A stretch of DNA of 63,635 nt, the filler included, from Myxococcota bacterium (GTDB taxonomy: Bacteria > Myxococcota_C > UBA6777), in NCBI GenBank assembly GCA_023150835.1. It is 4 parts of 4 records of this genome, joined end to end, with 100 filler letters (N's around TTAATTAATTAA, not from the genome) between each part and the next. Parts side by side here need not be neighbours in the genome. Positions count along the whole stretch, not along the records: positions 1 to 16,199 come from JAKLKB010000146.1; 3 more parts are not named here. One strand, given 5' to 3'. Made by a program: the position numbers and the translations under genes. Shown here in pieces: positions 1 to 8,591 of the stretch. The notes under the pieces were generated by a model that saw nothing but the letters and a program-made list of their open reading frames with translations, made no database searches and was not told the origin of the DNA. Numbering within the stretch: position 1 is the first letter of the stretch; every line of letters starts with the position of its first letter.

Positions 1-150
1 CGTGACGCACGCTGTATGCACGAGACGCAGACGCTACCCGTTCCAACTTCCCCCCGTTCACGGGGGGATTGAGGGGGGGCCAACACCCAAAACGGCGATC
101 ATCCTCGACCCTCCGGTGTTTCCACCTTAACCTAGCGCGTATGGGGCAGG
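1..150. repeat. Dispersed palindromic repeat (CCCCCGTTCACGGGGG family), at contig start
   Basis: Bases 1-80 are nearly the reverse complement of ~3445-3520. The TAACCTAGCGCGTATGGGG tail is shared with ~16421-16440. Confidence 0.7.
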
Positions 151-378
151 GGGGATAGGACGGGAGGGGGGCTGTTGCCGATGTCGGCGGGCAATGCGGC
201 CTTTGTGCAAAGGCCCAAGCAATTGCGGCCGTTTGAATCGGTATGGCCACATCTTCGTGTCAAATGCCCGTCGATTGGGCAGCCACAGGGGGCAACACTC
301 AGGCACATCCTCTATCATTTCGGAACGACCGCACGTTCGTCATCAACCGTGCAGTGTTGTTTGTTGGATGGTTTTGTT

Positions 379-690
379 GAATCGAAAACGATAGGTTTTG
401 GGATGAGAAGAAGCGCAATTGAATCGAAAACGATAGATTTGGGATGGGAGGAAGCGTAATTGAATCGAAAACGATAGATTTGGGGATGAGAAGAAGCGTA
501 ATTGAATCGAAAACGATAGATTTGGGGATGAGAAGAAGCGTAATTGAATCGAAAACGATAGATTTGGGATGGGAGGAAGCGTAATTGAATCGAAAACGAT
601 AGATTTGGGGATGGGAGGAAGCGTAATTGAATCGAAAACGATAGATTTGGGGATGAGAAGAAGCGCAATTGAATCGAAAACGATAGATTT
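379..690. repeat. Tandem array of 41-42 bp units (GAATCGAAAACGATAGATTTGGG...AAGCGTAATT), 8 copies
   Basis: Unit starts at 379, 421, 462, 504, 546, 587, 629, 671. Units are near-identical with no unique spacers. Confidence 0.95.
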
Positions 691-1011
691 CGGGACGACG
701 GGACGATGTTTAGAATCGAAGTTAGGTTGTAGGAGGTGTTGGTGTCGGTTGTGGAGTCGGGGGAGATGTTTTCTTTGAGGATGGAGAGTTTTGTAGGTTG
801 GGGTAGCGGGTGAGGGGATCTTGTTTTCGGAAGAGATAGCGGCCCGTGTCAATGACTTCGCCGTGTCGTCAGGTCGAGCCCCTAGTTGCGGTTTTCCGTT
901 TTGTGGTTTTGCCGTTTGCGGCGCGTGTGTGTGGCGAGGGTAGTTGAAGCATGCCCTTGATCGCGCTTTTCCCCTCGTGGCGTTGTGGGTATGGAAAAGA
1001 CGTGTCAGTCC

Positions 1012-1209
1012 AATGTGGAAGTGCAAGTCGGTTCTCAACAGACGTGGCCGCAAAGGATGTTGTACTACTGGCCGAAGATGTACGCGCACCAGTTGATGCA
1101 AGGGGACGAGTACAAGAAACTGAATCCTGCGATCTGTGTGGTGTTTTTGGGATTCTCGTTGGACAAACGGGAGGGATATATGCGGCGGGTGGTGGCGTGG
1201 GATGAGTAC
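1012..1209 (+). pseudogene. Internal fragment of an Rpn / PD-(D/E)XK nuclease-family gene
   Basis: NVEVQVGSQQTWPQRMLYYWPKMYAHQL...RRVVAWDE aligns with NVEVQLAEQKTFPQRLLYYWSKIYAHQL...RRVVAWDE of the full gene at 7488-8390. Both termini are missing. Confidence 0.85.
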
Positions 1210-1219
1210 CCCTGCAAGT

Positions 1220-1981
1220 TTAGACGTAGGGAGAAAGAGTGGGGTGTTTGAGGGCTTTGCGTGTGTTGTTTATTTGGGCGGTGGGGACAGGAAATTCGAT
1301 CACGACAGGTTGTCGTCGGCTGCTTATCCCCATGAGGAAAACAAAGCGCAATCGAGAAGGCTTTCCTTCGAGTAGACCAAGCTTCACGAGATTTCCACGA
1401 CCCAGCGAGGAACCCCACAGCATGAAATGGCCGAAAGAAGTCCACAGCATCCCATCGCTCAGATAGAATTCGCCCGGTGGTGTTTGTTGTGCAGCCAAAT
1501 ACGCCAAACGGTGATACCCGAACCAAGCGAACAAAGCGAGCAAGACAAGCCCAAAGAACGCGACCATCGGCCAAAACAAGGCTGCTTGTTCTTCGGGGGC
1601 GTTCTTTGAGGCGAGGTAAGCCGAGACACCTGCCGCGACACTGAGCGTCCAAAAAGCAAGGAAAACCGTTTGACCTCTCTTTTTTCTGTATCCTGATTCG
1701 AGGTGATCTTGCCATTCTTCTTTTGAATATTTCCATCCGAGGAGTGGGGGATCTGTGAAGGTGTTGGGGACAGGAGCGATCGAGATATCCTGTAGGTTTT
1801 GTTGTAAGACGAGAAGTACCAAAGAAGCGGCCCCGAGAAAGATCGAGAACAGCAGCCCGTTTTGGCCACCAAGCCAGAGAAGGAAGCTGCCCACGCACAA
1901 GACGCGCATGATCCAATCGGCGGTTCGGAGACGTTCGATCAGTGCGCTGTAATGGGGTGGGGTTTGTGGCTTGTTTTGCAT
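1220..1981 (-). CDS. Hypothetical membrane protein (about 4 TM segments)
   Basis: ORF with four hydrophobic stretches; start chosen at MQNKPQ. Confidence 0.65.
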   Translation of the reverse strand: MQNKPQTPPHYSALIERLRTADWIMRVLCVGSFLLWLGGQNGLLFSIFLGAASLVLLVLQQNLQDISIAPVPNTFTDPPLLGWKYSKEEWQDHLESGYRKKRGQTVFLAFWTLSVAAGVSAYLASKNAPEEQAALFWPMVAFFGLVLLALFAWFGYHRLAYLAAQQTPPGEFYLSDGMLWTSFGHFMLWGSSLGRGNLVKLGLLEGKPSRLRFVFLMGISSRRQPVVIEFPVPTAQINNTRKALKHPTLSPYV

Positions 1982-2107
1982 CGCAGCATCCTTGTTCGGG
2001 GGGAGGCGTTGTCGTGGTCGTTGCAGCGCCAGAGCCATTGTTTGTGTTGGTGGATCTCTTGGACTTTCTGTTGAGGTCGTTGCAGCGTCGGCTCTGTTGT
2101 TTGAGCG

Positions 2108-3145
2108 TCAAGGTGCGGGATATAGGGTGTTTTTGGGCATGGAGTGCCCTTTGGGAAACAGGCCGCGTTGTTCGATACTGTGCAAGGCGTCCCAGATGCA
2201 GGTGCGGATGGGGCGAGGGGAGAAGCCCAAGACTTGTCGGGCGCGTGTTGCGTGGAGCAATTGGTGGTTGCGCAAGATCTCCATGCTTTCGCGAGTAAAG
2301 AGCGGTCGGTTTCCGCGCCATCGGCTCCAAGCCATCACGAACGGCGCACTCATGCGGGCAAGCCACATCGGGGCAGCAAAGCGTGGTGTCGAAACCCCCG
2401 TCCATTCGCGCACCCAAGCGGCGATATCGGTGATGGGGACATACTCGCTGGTGAGGATGTAGCGTTGGCCTGTCTCGCCGCGCACTTCGGCAGCGATGGC
2501 GGCATCGACGACATCGCGCACATCGACCCAATGAAAGCCCGAACGCACCAGTCCGGGCAAGCGCCGATACAATAGCTGGTGCAAGACTTCACCTGTTGGC
2601 GAGGGTTGGTAATCTTCGGGTCCAAAGATGCCCACAGGATTGACGATCACGGCGTCCAATCCCCTCGATACTGCGTCGAGTACAGCTTGCTCGCCGCGTG
2701 CTTTGCTGTTGTCGTAGGCAAGGTGAGTGCGGGGATCGAGGGCCAAGGCCCGCGTCTCATCGATATCTTGTTCGCGTGGCCAACAAGACAACGCATGGAT
2801 CGAACTCATGTGGATCAAGCGTTTGACACCTTCGGCAAGACAGGCTTCAGCGATGTGACGGGTTCCTTCGACATTGACTTGTTGCAACAAGTCTTTCGGC
2901 TCGTTTTCATCGATCGAGATCACAGCGGCCAAGTGGTACACGATATCCATCCCTTGGACGGCTTGGCGAACGCACGCTGCATCGCGGATATCGCCGATGA
3001 TGCGTTCGACCTCAAAAGCCCGAAAGTGCGCAGGTTCAGGTACATCCTTGTGCAGCAGGACGCGAACAGATCGGCCTTGCTCCAACAGCCGCTTGACGAG
3101 GTGAGTTCCGACAAATCCCGAGGCTCCTGTGACCAATGTTCGCAC
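2108..3145 (-). CDS. NAD-dependent epimerase/dehydratase (extended SDR, dihydroflavonol-reductase/HpnA-like)
   Basis: TGASGFVG Rossmann motif, HLAA, NVEGT, YxxSK catalytic motif; GTG start preceded by AAGGAG. Confidence 0.9.
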   Translation of the reverse strand: MRTLVTGASGFVGTHLVKRLLEQGRSVRVLLHKDVPEPAHFRAFEVERIIGDIRDAACVRQAVQGMDIVYHLAAVISIDENEPKDLLQQVNVEGTRHIAEACLAEGVKRLIHMSSIHALSCWPREQDIDETRALALDPRTHLAYDNSKARGEQAVLDAVSRGLDAVIVNPVGIFGPEDYQPSPTGEVLHQLLYRRLPGLVRSGFHWVDVRDVVDAAIAAEVRGETGQRYILTSEYVPITDIAAWVREWTGVSTPRFAAPMWLARMSAPFVMAWSRWRGNRPLFTRESMEILRNHQLLHATRARQVLGFSPRPIRTCIWDALHSIEQRGLFPKGHSMPKNTLYPAP

Positions 3146-3259
3146 GTTGCAGATCTCCTTGTGTGTTGGGGCTTTTGCCCGTGTGAAGCCGTCTCGATAG
3201 CTGTGCGCCATCCTACCGCATCTTGCTTGCGAATGTGCAAAGGAGTGAGGTCAGAGGCA

Positions 3260-3640
3260 AAAAAAACCCGTTGTTCGTGCTGTTTCAAGCGGCACTGTTG
3301 TTGGTTTGAAAAACCTGTGATCACCCCGCCAAGTCGGGGTCAAGGGGCGACAGTCTATGGCGGGGTGTGGGGTGAAACCCCATAGGCGTTAGGTTAAGGT
3401 GAAAACCTCGTAGAGTCGGTCTTGATCGCCTTTTCTTTTTTTCTCCCCCCCTCAATCCCCCCGTGAACGGGGGGAAGTTGGAACGGGCAGCGTCTGCATT
3501 TCGTGCATACAGCGTGCGTCATGAAAAAACAAAATCCCTGAGGCTTCCGACTTTCGCTCCCTCCCCTGTTCACGGGGGAGGGCGGGGTGGGGGGCTTTCC
3601 TCCACTTAACAAGGCGCGTATGGGGTGAAACCCCACAAGA
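3260..3640. repeat. Composite intergenic repeat cluster (GGGGTCAAGGGG family plus CCCTCCCCTGTTCACGGGGGAGGG family)
   Basis: Segments recur at ~12284-12403, 16300-16575, 32449-32620, 38060-38180 (inverted) and 48380-48505. Confidence 0.75.
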
Positions 3641-3800
3641 TCAATCCGATCTCACTCCATTCGACACCTACCCAACCCCATTACCCCTCAAAAAACAACC
3701 TTGCGTTATTCTATGGTGTGGAGTATCCGATGACACGGGGATGTTGTGCTGTGCGTAGCGAGGATGTTGTATGTTTCTCGAAGGCAAGGAGAGTGATGGG

Positions 3801-4805
3801 ATGTTTGAGCGAGTGTTGGTGACGGGTGGTGGTGGATTTTTGGGGCAGGCGATCCTCCACAAGCTGCGAGGGCAGGGGATCGCGGTGCGAAGCCTTTCGA
3901 GAGGACGTTATGAGAGCCTCGAAGGGATGGGCGTTGAGCAGATCCAAGGCGATATCACAAGTGCGGTCGATGTGTTGCGTGCAAGTGAGGGATGTGAGGC
4001 GATCTTTCACGTTGCGGCAAAGGTCGGTGTATGGGGCGCTTACGAGGATTTTTTCCGAACCAACGTAGAAGGTACGCGGCACGTCTTGGAGGCGTGTCGC
4101 CATCACAAGATCCGCTATCTGATCCACACCAGTTCGCCGAGTGTGGTGTTCGATGGAAAGGATATGGAAGGCGTTGACGAAAGTGTCCCCTATCCCGAGC
4201 ATACCGAGGCTTTTTATCCTGCGACGAAGGCCATCGCTGAGCAAGAAGTCTTGCGTGCCAACGGTGAAGCCCTTCGGACGGTGGCTTTGCGCCCTCACCT
4301 GATCTGGGGGCCGGGAGATCCGCATCTTGCGCCGCGCATCTTGCAACGGGCGCGGCAGGGGCGGCTGCGCCGTATTGGGGATCGCGATCCGTTGGTCGAT
4401 ACGATCTATGTGGATAATGCGGCAGATGCACATTGGTTGGCGGCGCGTAGCCTTGTCGAAGGCGGAGCCGCTGCGGGGAAGGTGTACTTTCTCTCCAACG
4501 GCGAACCCATCGGGGCATGGACGATGATCGACAAGATCCTTGCGGCGGGTGGTTTGCCGCCGCTGCAAAAGAAGATCTCCGCCAAAGTTGCCTATCGTAT
4601 CGGTGCGGTGTTGGAGGCGGTGTATCGGTTCTTTCGCATCCAACACGAACCGCCGATGACACGCTTTGTCGCCAAAGAACTGTCTACCGCCCATTGGTTC
4701 GATATCTCTGCTGCCCGCCGTGACCTCGGCTATCAACCCGCCATCTCTACAGACGAAGGTCTCCGCCGTCTTGCGGAGTCTCTCACAGGATCTGCCAAAG
4801 CATGA
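3801..4805 (+). CDS. NAD-dependent epimerase / 3-beta-HSD family (OleD-like 2-alkyl-3-oxoalkanoate reductase)
   Basis: TGGGGFLG, HVAAKVGVWG, TSSPSVVF, YPATK, LRPHLIWGPGD motifs. Confidence 0.85.
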   Translation: MFERVLVTGGGGFLGQAILHKLRGQGIAVRSLSRGRYESLEGMGVEQIQGDITSAVDVLRASEGCEAIFHVAAKVGVWGAYEDFFRTNVEGTRHVLEACRHHKIRYLIHTSSPSVVFDGKDMEGVDESVPYPEHTEAFYPATKAIAEQEVLRANGEALRTVALRPHLIWGPGDPHLAPRILQRARQGRLRRIGDRDPLVDTIYVDNAADAHWLAARSLVEGGAAAGKVYFLSNGEPIGAWTMIDKILAAGGLPPLQKKISAKVAYRIGAVLEAVYRFFRIQHEPPMTRFVAKELSTAHWFDISAARRDLGYQPAISTDEGLRRLAESLTGSAKA

Positions 4806-4855
4806 CCATCATCGTCGGGTGCTTTTGTTGCGGTGTCTTCTCATGGGCTGTGCTT

Positions 4856-6319
4856 TTACCAAACCTCTGTATAGTCTTTGTTGATCTTGTGTTTGAACAT
4901 AAAAACGTCGCAGCCCTCTTGCCAAAGGTACTCGTGGCGTATCTCGTGAAGTCGAGGAAGTCGCAGCACCTCGGACAATAGCAATTCGTTGCGTAGAAAG
5001 ATGTGTTGGTGGTTTTGGAACACATCTTTTGCGAAGAAAAGTGCTTTATTTCTCGGGCCGTAAATAAACTCCAGAACCGTGAAGGGGTTGAACTCCATCA
5101 ACACGGCGTCGCTTGGTGTGTCCATCTTCCCAACACATTGACCAATACCTATTTCTCGGATGACCTCGAAGCCTTCGTCGTGTTTTTCGAGCCATTCACG
5201 AGCGATAGGAGTCAGGTAAAAGCGAACAAGCCTCATTTTACTCAGATACTGCTTCCAATACTTTCCGTAGCGGCTTTCTAAACGTTTTTCGTCACCGTAG
5301 GCATCACTCGTCAGTGAATTAATATAAGAATAAAAATGCACATCTAAAAGGAGGACGTGGACACGCCGGTAGTCTTCATACTGCACTTTCCCCCCCCAAG
5401 AAAGTATACGGGATCGAGCTTGTTCGGAAAACAATTTCCAATCGCTTTCAGCGGAAAGAGGGTGGCCAAATTCTTTGCGAAGAAGAGAGAAAAAATCATC
5501 TTTGCAATTTTTGAGTAGCTCATCGGGCGTTTTTTCTAGAAGATCGTTGACCAATTCGATATAGTGCGTTCGGCTTTGCTCTTGAAACACACGAAACACC
5601 CAAAGCACATACATCCAAGTAGGCCATGCTTTTTGAACAAGCTTTTCGCGGCAGAGATCGAGGATCGTGTTCGTGAAATCACCTTGAGATGGCAGGTTCA
5701 TGCTCACGAATACTTCTTGAGGTGTTTTTTTTGTGTTGCAGAAGTCATGGACACGCGACGCAGATTGTTTTATCCCTTGTTCGGCACTGTCTGGCGAAGG
5801 GAACCATTCTTTGAGTCGTTTGATCATCAAAAAATGCTGCTTCTTTTGGTCTGCTGCCAAGGCCGTTAACAATGAGCGCATAAAGTCTTGTTGGGCTTTC
5901 TGCGTCCAGCATCTTTGGTTTTCTTGTGGTGAGGATGGTTCGGAAAGAGACTTCTGATTTTCTTGAAGGAAAGTAAAAAAGCATTGAACCATCAAATAAA
6001 GGATGGAAAAATCCTGAGATTGACTGGCCTGTCTCCAAAGGTGCTGTATGTGAGTTGCTAGATTCTTTTGTGTTGCGGGATGTTGCTTTTCGATGGAAAA
6101 CCAGATCCGTAAACGGTGGTGTGGCTTGAGTTGAGAGGGTGCCTCTTGTAAGAGACACAGAAGATCTTCGATGGAAAAAAAGATGGAACCTTCTGAATTT
6201 GGAGTACTTGGCTGTTTGTCTCGCCATGTATTTCCCAAGAGGGCGTCGAATCTTTCTTCGATCAACTTGCTGATGGGCGGAAGAGCGATCCTTTCGGGCG
6301 AAAAATCGGGGAGCTTCAT
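4856..6319 (-). CDS. EH-signature domain protein, Zorya ZorC-like
   Basis: C-terminal R..YW..Y, hydrophobic 'AVLMEF..FTVLEF' and 'H..LWQ' pattern typical of the EH_Signature C-terminus; ATGA overlap with the upstream OmpA/MotB-like ORF. Confidence 0.7.
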   Translation of the reverse strand: MKLPDFSPERIALPPISKLIEERFDALLGNTWRDKQPSTPNSEGSIFFSIEDLLCLLQEAPSQLKPHHRLRIWFSIEKQHPATQKNLATHIQHLWRQASQSQDFSILYLMVQCFFTFLQENQKSLSEPSSPQENQRCWTQKAQQDFMRSLLTALAADQKKQHFLMIKRLKEWFPSPDSAEQGIKQSASRVHDFCNTKKTPQEVFVSMNLPSQGDFTNTILDLCREKLVQKAWPTWMYVLWVFRVFQEQSRTHYIELVNDLLEKTPDELLKNCKDDFFSLLRKEFGHPLSAESDWKLFSEQARSRILSWGGKVQYEDYRRVHVLLLDVHFYSYINSLTSDAYGDEKRLESRYGKYWKQYLSKMRLVRFYLTPIAREWLEKHDEGFEVIREIGIGQCVGKMDTPSDAVLMEFNPFTVLEFIYGPRNKALFFAKDVFQNHQHIFLRNELLLSEVLRLPRLHEIRHEYLWQEGCDVFMFKHKINKDYTEVW

Positions 6320-6705
6320 TTTTTTCTCAACACTTTTTTGTTTGGCGAAGAATAATTGCGGATCCCTGCTTGTAGCCGATCCCAGCTTTCGAGCAGTTCT
6401 GTCTCGCGAAATTGGATGCGAAAGATCACGCGTCGATCTTTTTCACGCGTGAACCGTTTTTCTGCGTCCAATTTCCCTCGACCACTCGGCAAGATACTTT
6501 GGAGCATGGATTCTCGGTCGGCTTCGCTTCGGTAATTGCAATCTTCAGAGATGACGTAAGAGGCGACAGAAAAGGAACGCCGCAAACTCATCATCAGATT
6601 CACCCGATCCGTACCGACTCGATCCGTATGCCCTTCGATGAGGATACGAGATATCTCTTTTTTGAAGTTTGGCAAAAAGAGAACAACATAGCAAGATGCC
6701 AGCAT
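6316..6705 (-). pseudogene. N-terminally truncated OmpA/MotB-domain protein, Zorya ZorB-like
   Basis: RILIEGHTD...NL..S..RS.SV...SGRG...DRRVIFRI is an OmpA_C peptidoglycan-binding pattern. Only 129 aa, with no MotB-type TM helix. Confidence 0.7.
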
Positions 6706-6984
6706 TGGTTTGCGTGGTGGATGCGTTCGATCATTTCTTCGTAACTCAAGCGATCTCCTTTCGGTTTGTCTTCTTCTTATCGCCGTACTCCGTTCGCTCC
6801 TGATCGATTGGACGAAAGTGTTTCTCTTTTTTCTTAGTCTTGGGAGAATACAGAGAGAAAAATTTTTTGCAATAGGTTCGTTTTGGTAAGGCTTGACAAG
6901 GCGAATGTCTCGAAGCTGGTAGCTTTCTGCGCTGCGGTCGGTCGTTTGAGTCGGTGTTGCGGGATGGTGAAACGCTGCGGCGCG

Positions 6985-7359
6985 TTAGATCCCATACTTT
7001 TGCTTCAATATGTTGACGATTTCTTGGGCTTTTTCGAGCTGCCCGTCAGGGATAGGGATGTGAAGCGCAACCGCGTTGTCGAATCTTCCGTTGGTCACGA
7101 AGATCTCGATCCGCAACGTCGCAGTTGTTTCTTCGGTGCTTGGTTCGATGATCGCTCTTTGGATGCGATTCCCAAAGGTTTGAAAGGCATAGAGGTTGCC
7201 GTTTTGGATCACGAGATCTTCGGAGATGATCATTTCTTGGGTGGGTGGAGGTTGTTTGAGAGAACGTTTGGCGTCCCACCAATGCCACGCATGAAGTGCT
7301 TGCATCCCGCCCGATATCAACAGGCTGACTCCCCATAAGGCGAGGAGGTAGCGTTGCAC
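6985..7359 (-). CDS. Small hypothetical protein with N-terminal hydrophobic segment
   Basis: 124-aa ORF with a signal/TM-like N-terminus and a globular-looking remainder. Confidence 0.5.
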   Translation of the reverse strand: MQRYLLALWGVSLLISGGMQALHAWHWWDAKRSLKQPPPTQEMIISEDLVIQNGNLYAFQTFGNRIQRAIIEPSTEETTATLRIEIFVTNGRFDNAVALHIPIPDGQLEKAQEIVNILKQKYGI

Positions 7360-7487
7360 ACGGCCTCTTCACAGAGCCTAGCGAAAGACCGATATCTCTG
7401 GTATGGGTGTCGTGCGCGTGGGGTCATATCGTACGCGGTTTACAAGGTGGTTTTTGCGGGCCGTTGAAGTGCTTGGAGGATGTGCGG

Positions 7488-8390
7488 ATGCAAGACAAGG
7501 GATTTTTGCCGCGCCCGATGTTGGACTTAACGTTCAAGGCGTTGTTTGGGAGGGAAACCAACAAAAACTTGTTGTTGTCATTGTTGAACGCGGTGCTAGA
7601 GCGACCGGGATTTGTGCCGTTGGTGGAGGTGACGCTGCAAAATCCTGCATTGGACTACGAAGTGATCGGGGAAAAGCATCCGTTGTTGGATGTCAAAGCT
7701 CGCGACGAGAAAGGGCGTATCTTCAACGTGGAAGTTCAGCTGGCGGAGCAAAAGACGTTTCCGCAGCGTTTGTTATACTATTGGTCGAAGATCTACGCAC
7801 ATCAGTTGGCAGAGGGGGAACATTACGTCAAGTTGCGTCCGACGATCAGCGTAGCCTTTTTGGATTTTGCGTTGGACGAGCGAGAAGGGTATTCGCGGCG
7901 GGTTGTGGCGTGGGATGAAACGCATCATCTTATTTTTAGCGAACATTTGGAGATGGTATTGTTTGAGTTGCCGAAGTTCTCGCTAGAGCTAGGAGAAGAG
8001 ATCCCATCAAAGCGAGAGCGTTGGCTGTACTTTTTAAAGGAGGCCAATTCGATGAGTACGGAGCTTTTGGATCAATGGAAAACACCAGAGATCGAGCAAG
8101 CGATCAAGGAATTGAAGAAGCTCAGCCAAGATCCGCAGTGGAGGACATCGTATCTTGATCGTGAAAAGGCGTTGCGCGACTACATTTCGATCATGGCGGA
8201 AAAGTTTGAGGATGGATGGGAGAAGGGGATAGAGAAGGGGATGGAGAAGGGGATGGAGAAGGGGATGGAAGCCGAGAGGCTTCTTTTTGTGCGTCGTTTG
8301 TTCGCAAAAGGAATGGAAAAGAAAGAGATCGCAGAGTTGGTGGGGATCACAGAAGAAGAAGTCGCGAAGCTAGAAGCGACGGAAGGTTGA
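7488..8390 (+). CDS. Rpn family recombination-promoting nuclease / PD-(D/E)XK nuclease family putative transposase
   Basis: D..FK.LFG, LDV...NVEVQ, R.LYYW, ELPKF, W.YFL motifs, (EKG)n repeats and a C-terminal HTH-like tail; GGAGG SD before ATG 7488. Confidence 0.9.
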   Translation: MQDKGFLPRPMLDLTFKALFGRETNKNLLLSLLNAVLERPGFVPLVEVTLQNPALDYEVIGEKHPLLDVKARDEKGRIFNVEVQLAEQKTFPQRLLYYWSKIYAHQLAEGEHYVKLRPTISVAFLDFALDEREGYSRRVVAWDETHHLIFSEHLEMVLFELPKFSLELGEEIPSKRERWLYFLKEANSMSTELLDQWKTPEIEQAIKELKKLSQDPQWRTSYLDREKALRDYISIMAEKFEDGWEKGIEKGMEKGMEKGMEAERLLFVRRLFAKGMEKKEIAELVGITEEEVAKLEATEG

Positions 8391-8403
8391 GAGTGTGTTT
8401 GTG

Positions 8404-8521
8404 TGATACGATATCCGCGTATTGTGTGGCGGAATGTAGGGGCGCATTGCATACGCCCTGAACCCATCCACGGTGATTTTTCTCGATCTGTTCGAGCACA
8501 CAACATACGGATGTCGTATGG
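8404..8521. mobile_element. MITE-like element with 13-bp TIRs and internal GTAG-REP hairpin
   Basis: TGATACGATATCC ... GTAGGGGCGCATTGCATACGCCCT ... GGATGTCGTATGG. Confidence 0.6.
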
Positions 8522-8591
8522 TGTGTATCGTTGAGCAGGGTAAGCGTGGCGTGGCGATTGGATAGGGCGTTGGATAGGGAGGTTTGGCGAG

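Noticed and set aside
379..690. CRISPR array (hairpin and ATTGAA-like end)
   Set aside because: There are no unique spacers, the period is only 41-42 bp, and no cas genes are present.
6600..6760. AAGGAG-TTG short ORF (LSYEEMIERIHH...) as the missing zorB N-terminus
   Set aside because: It is in another frame, is short, and lacks a MotB-like TM helix with the conserved Asp.
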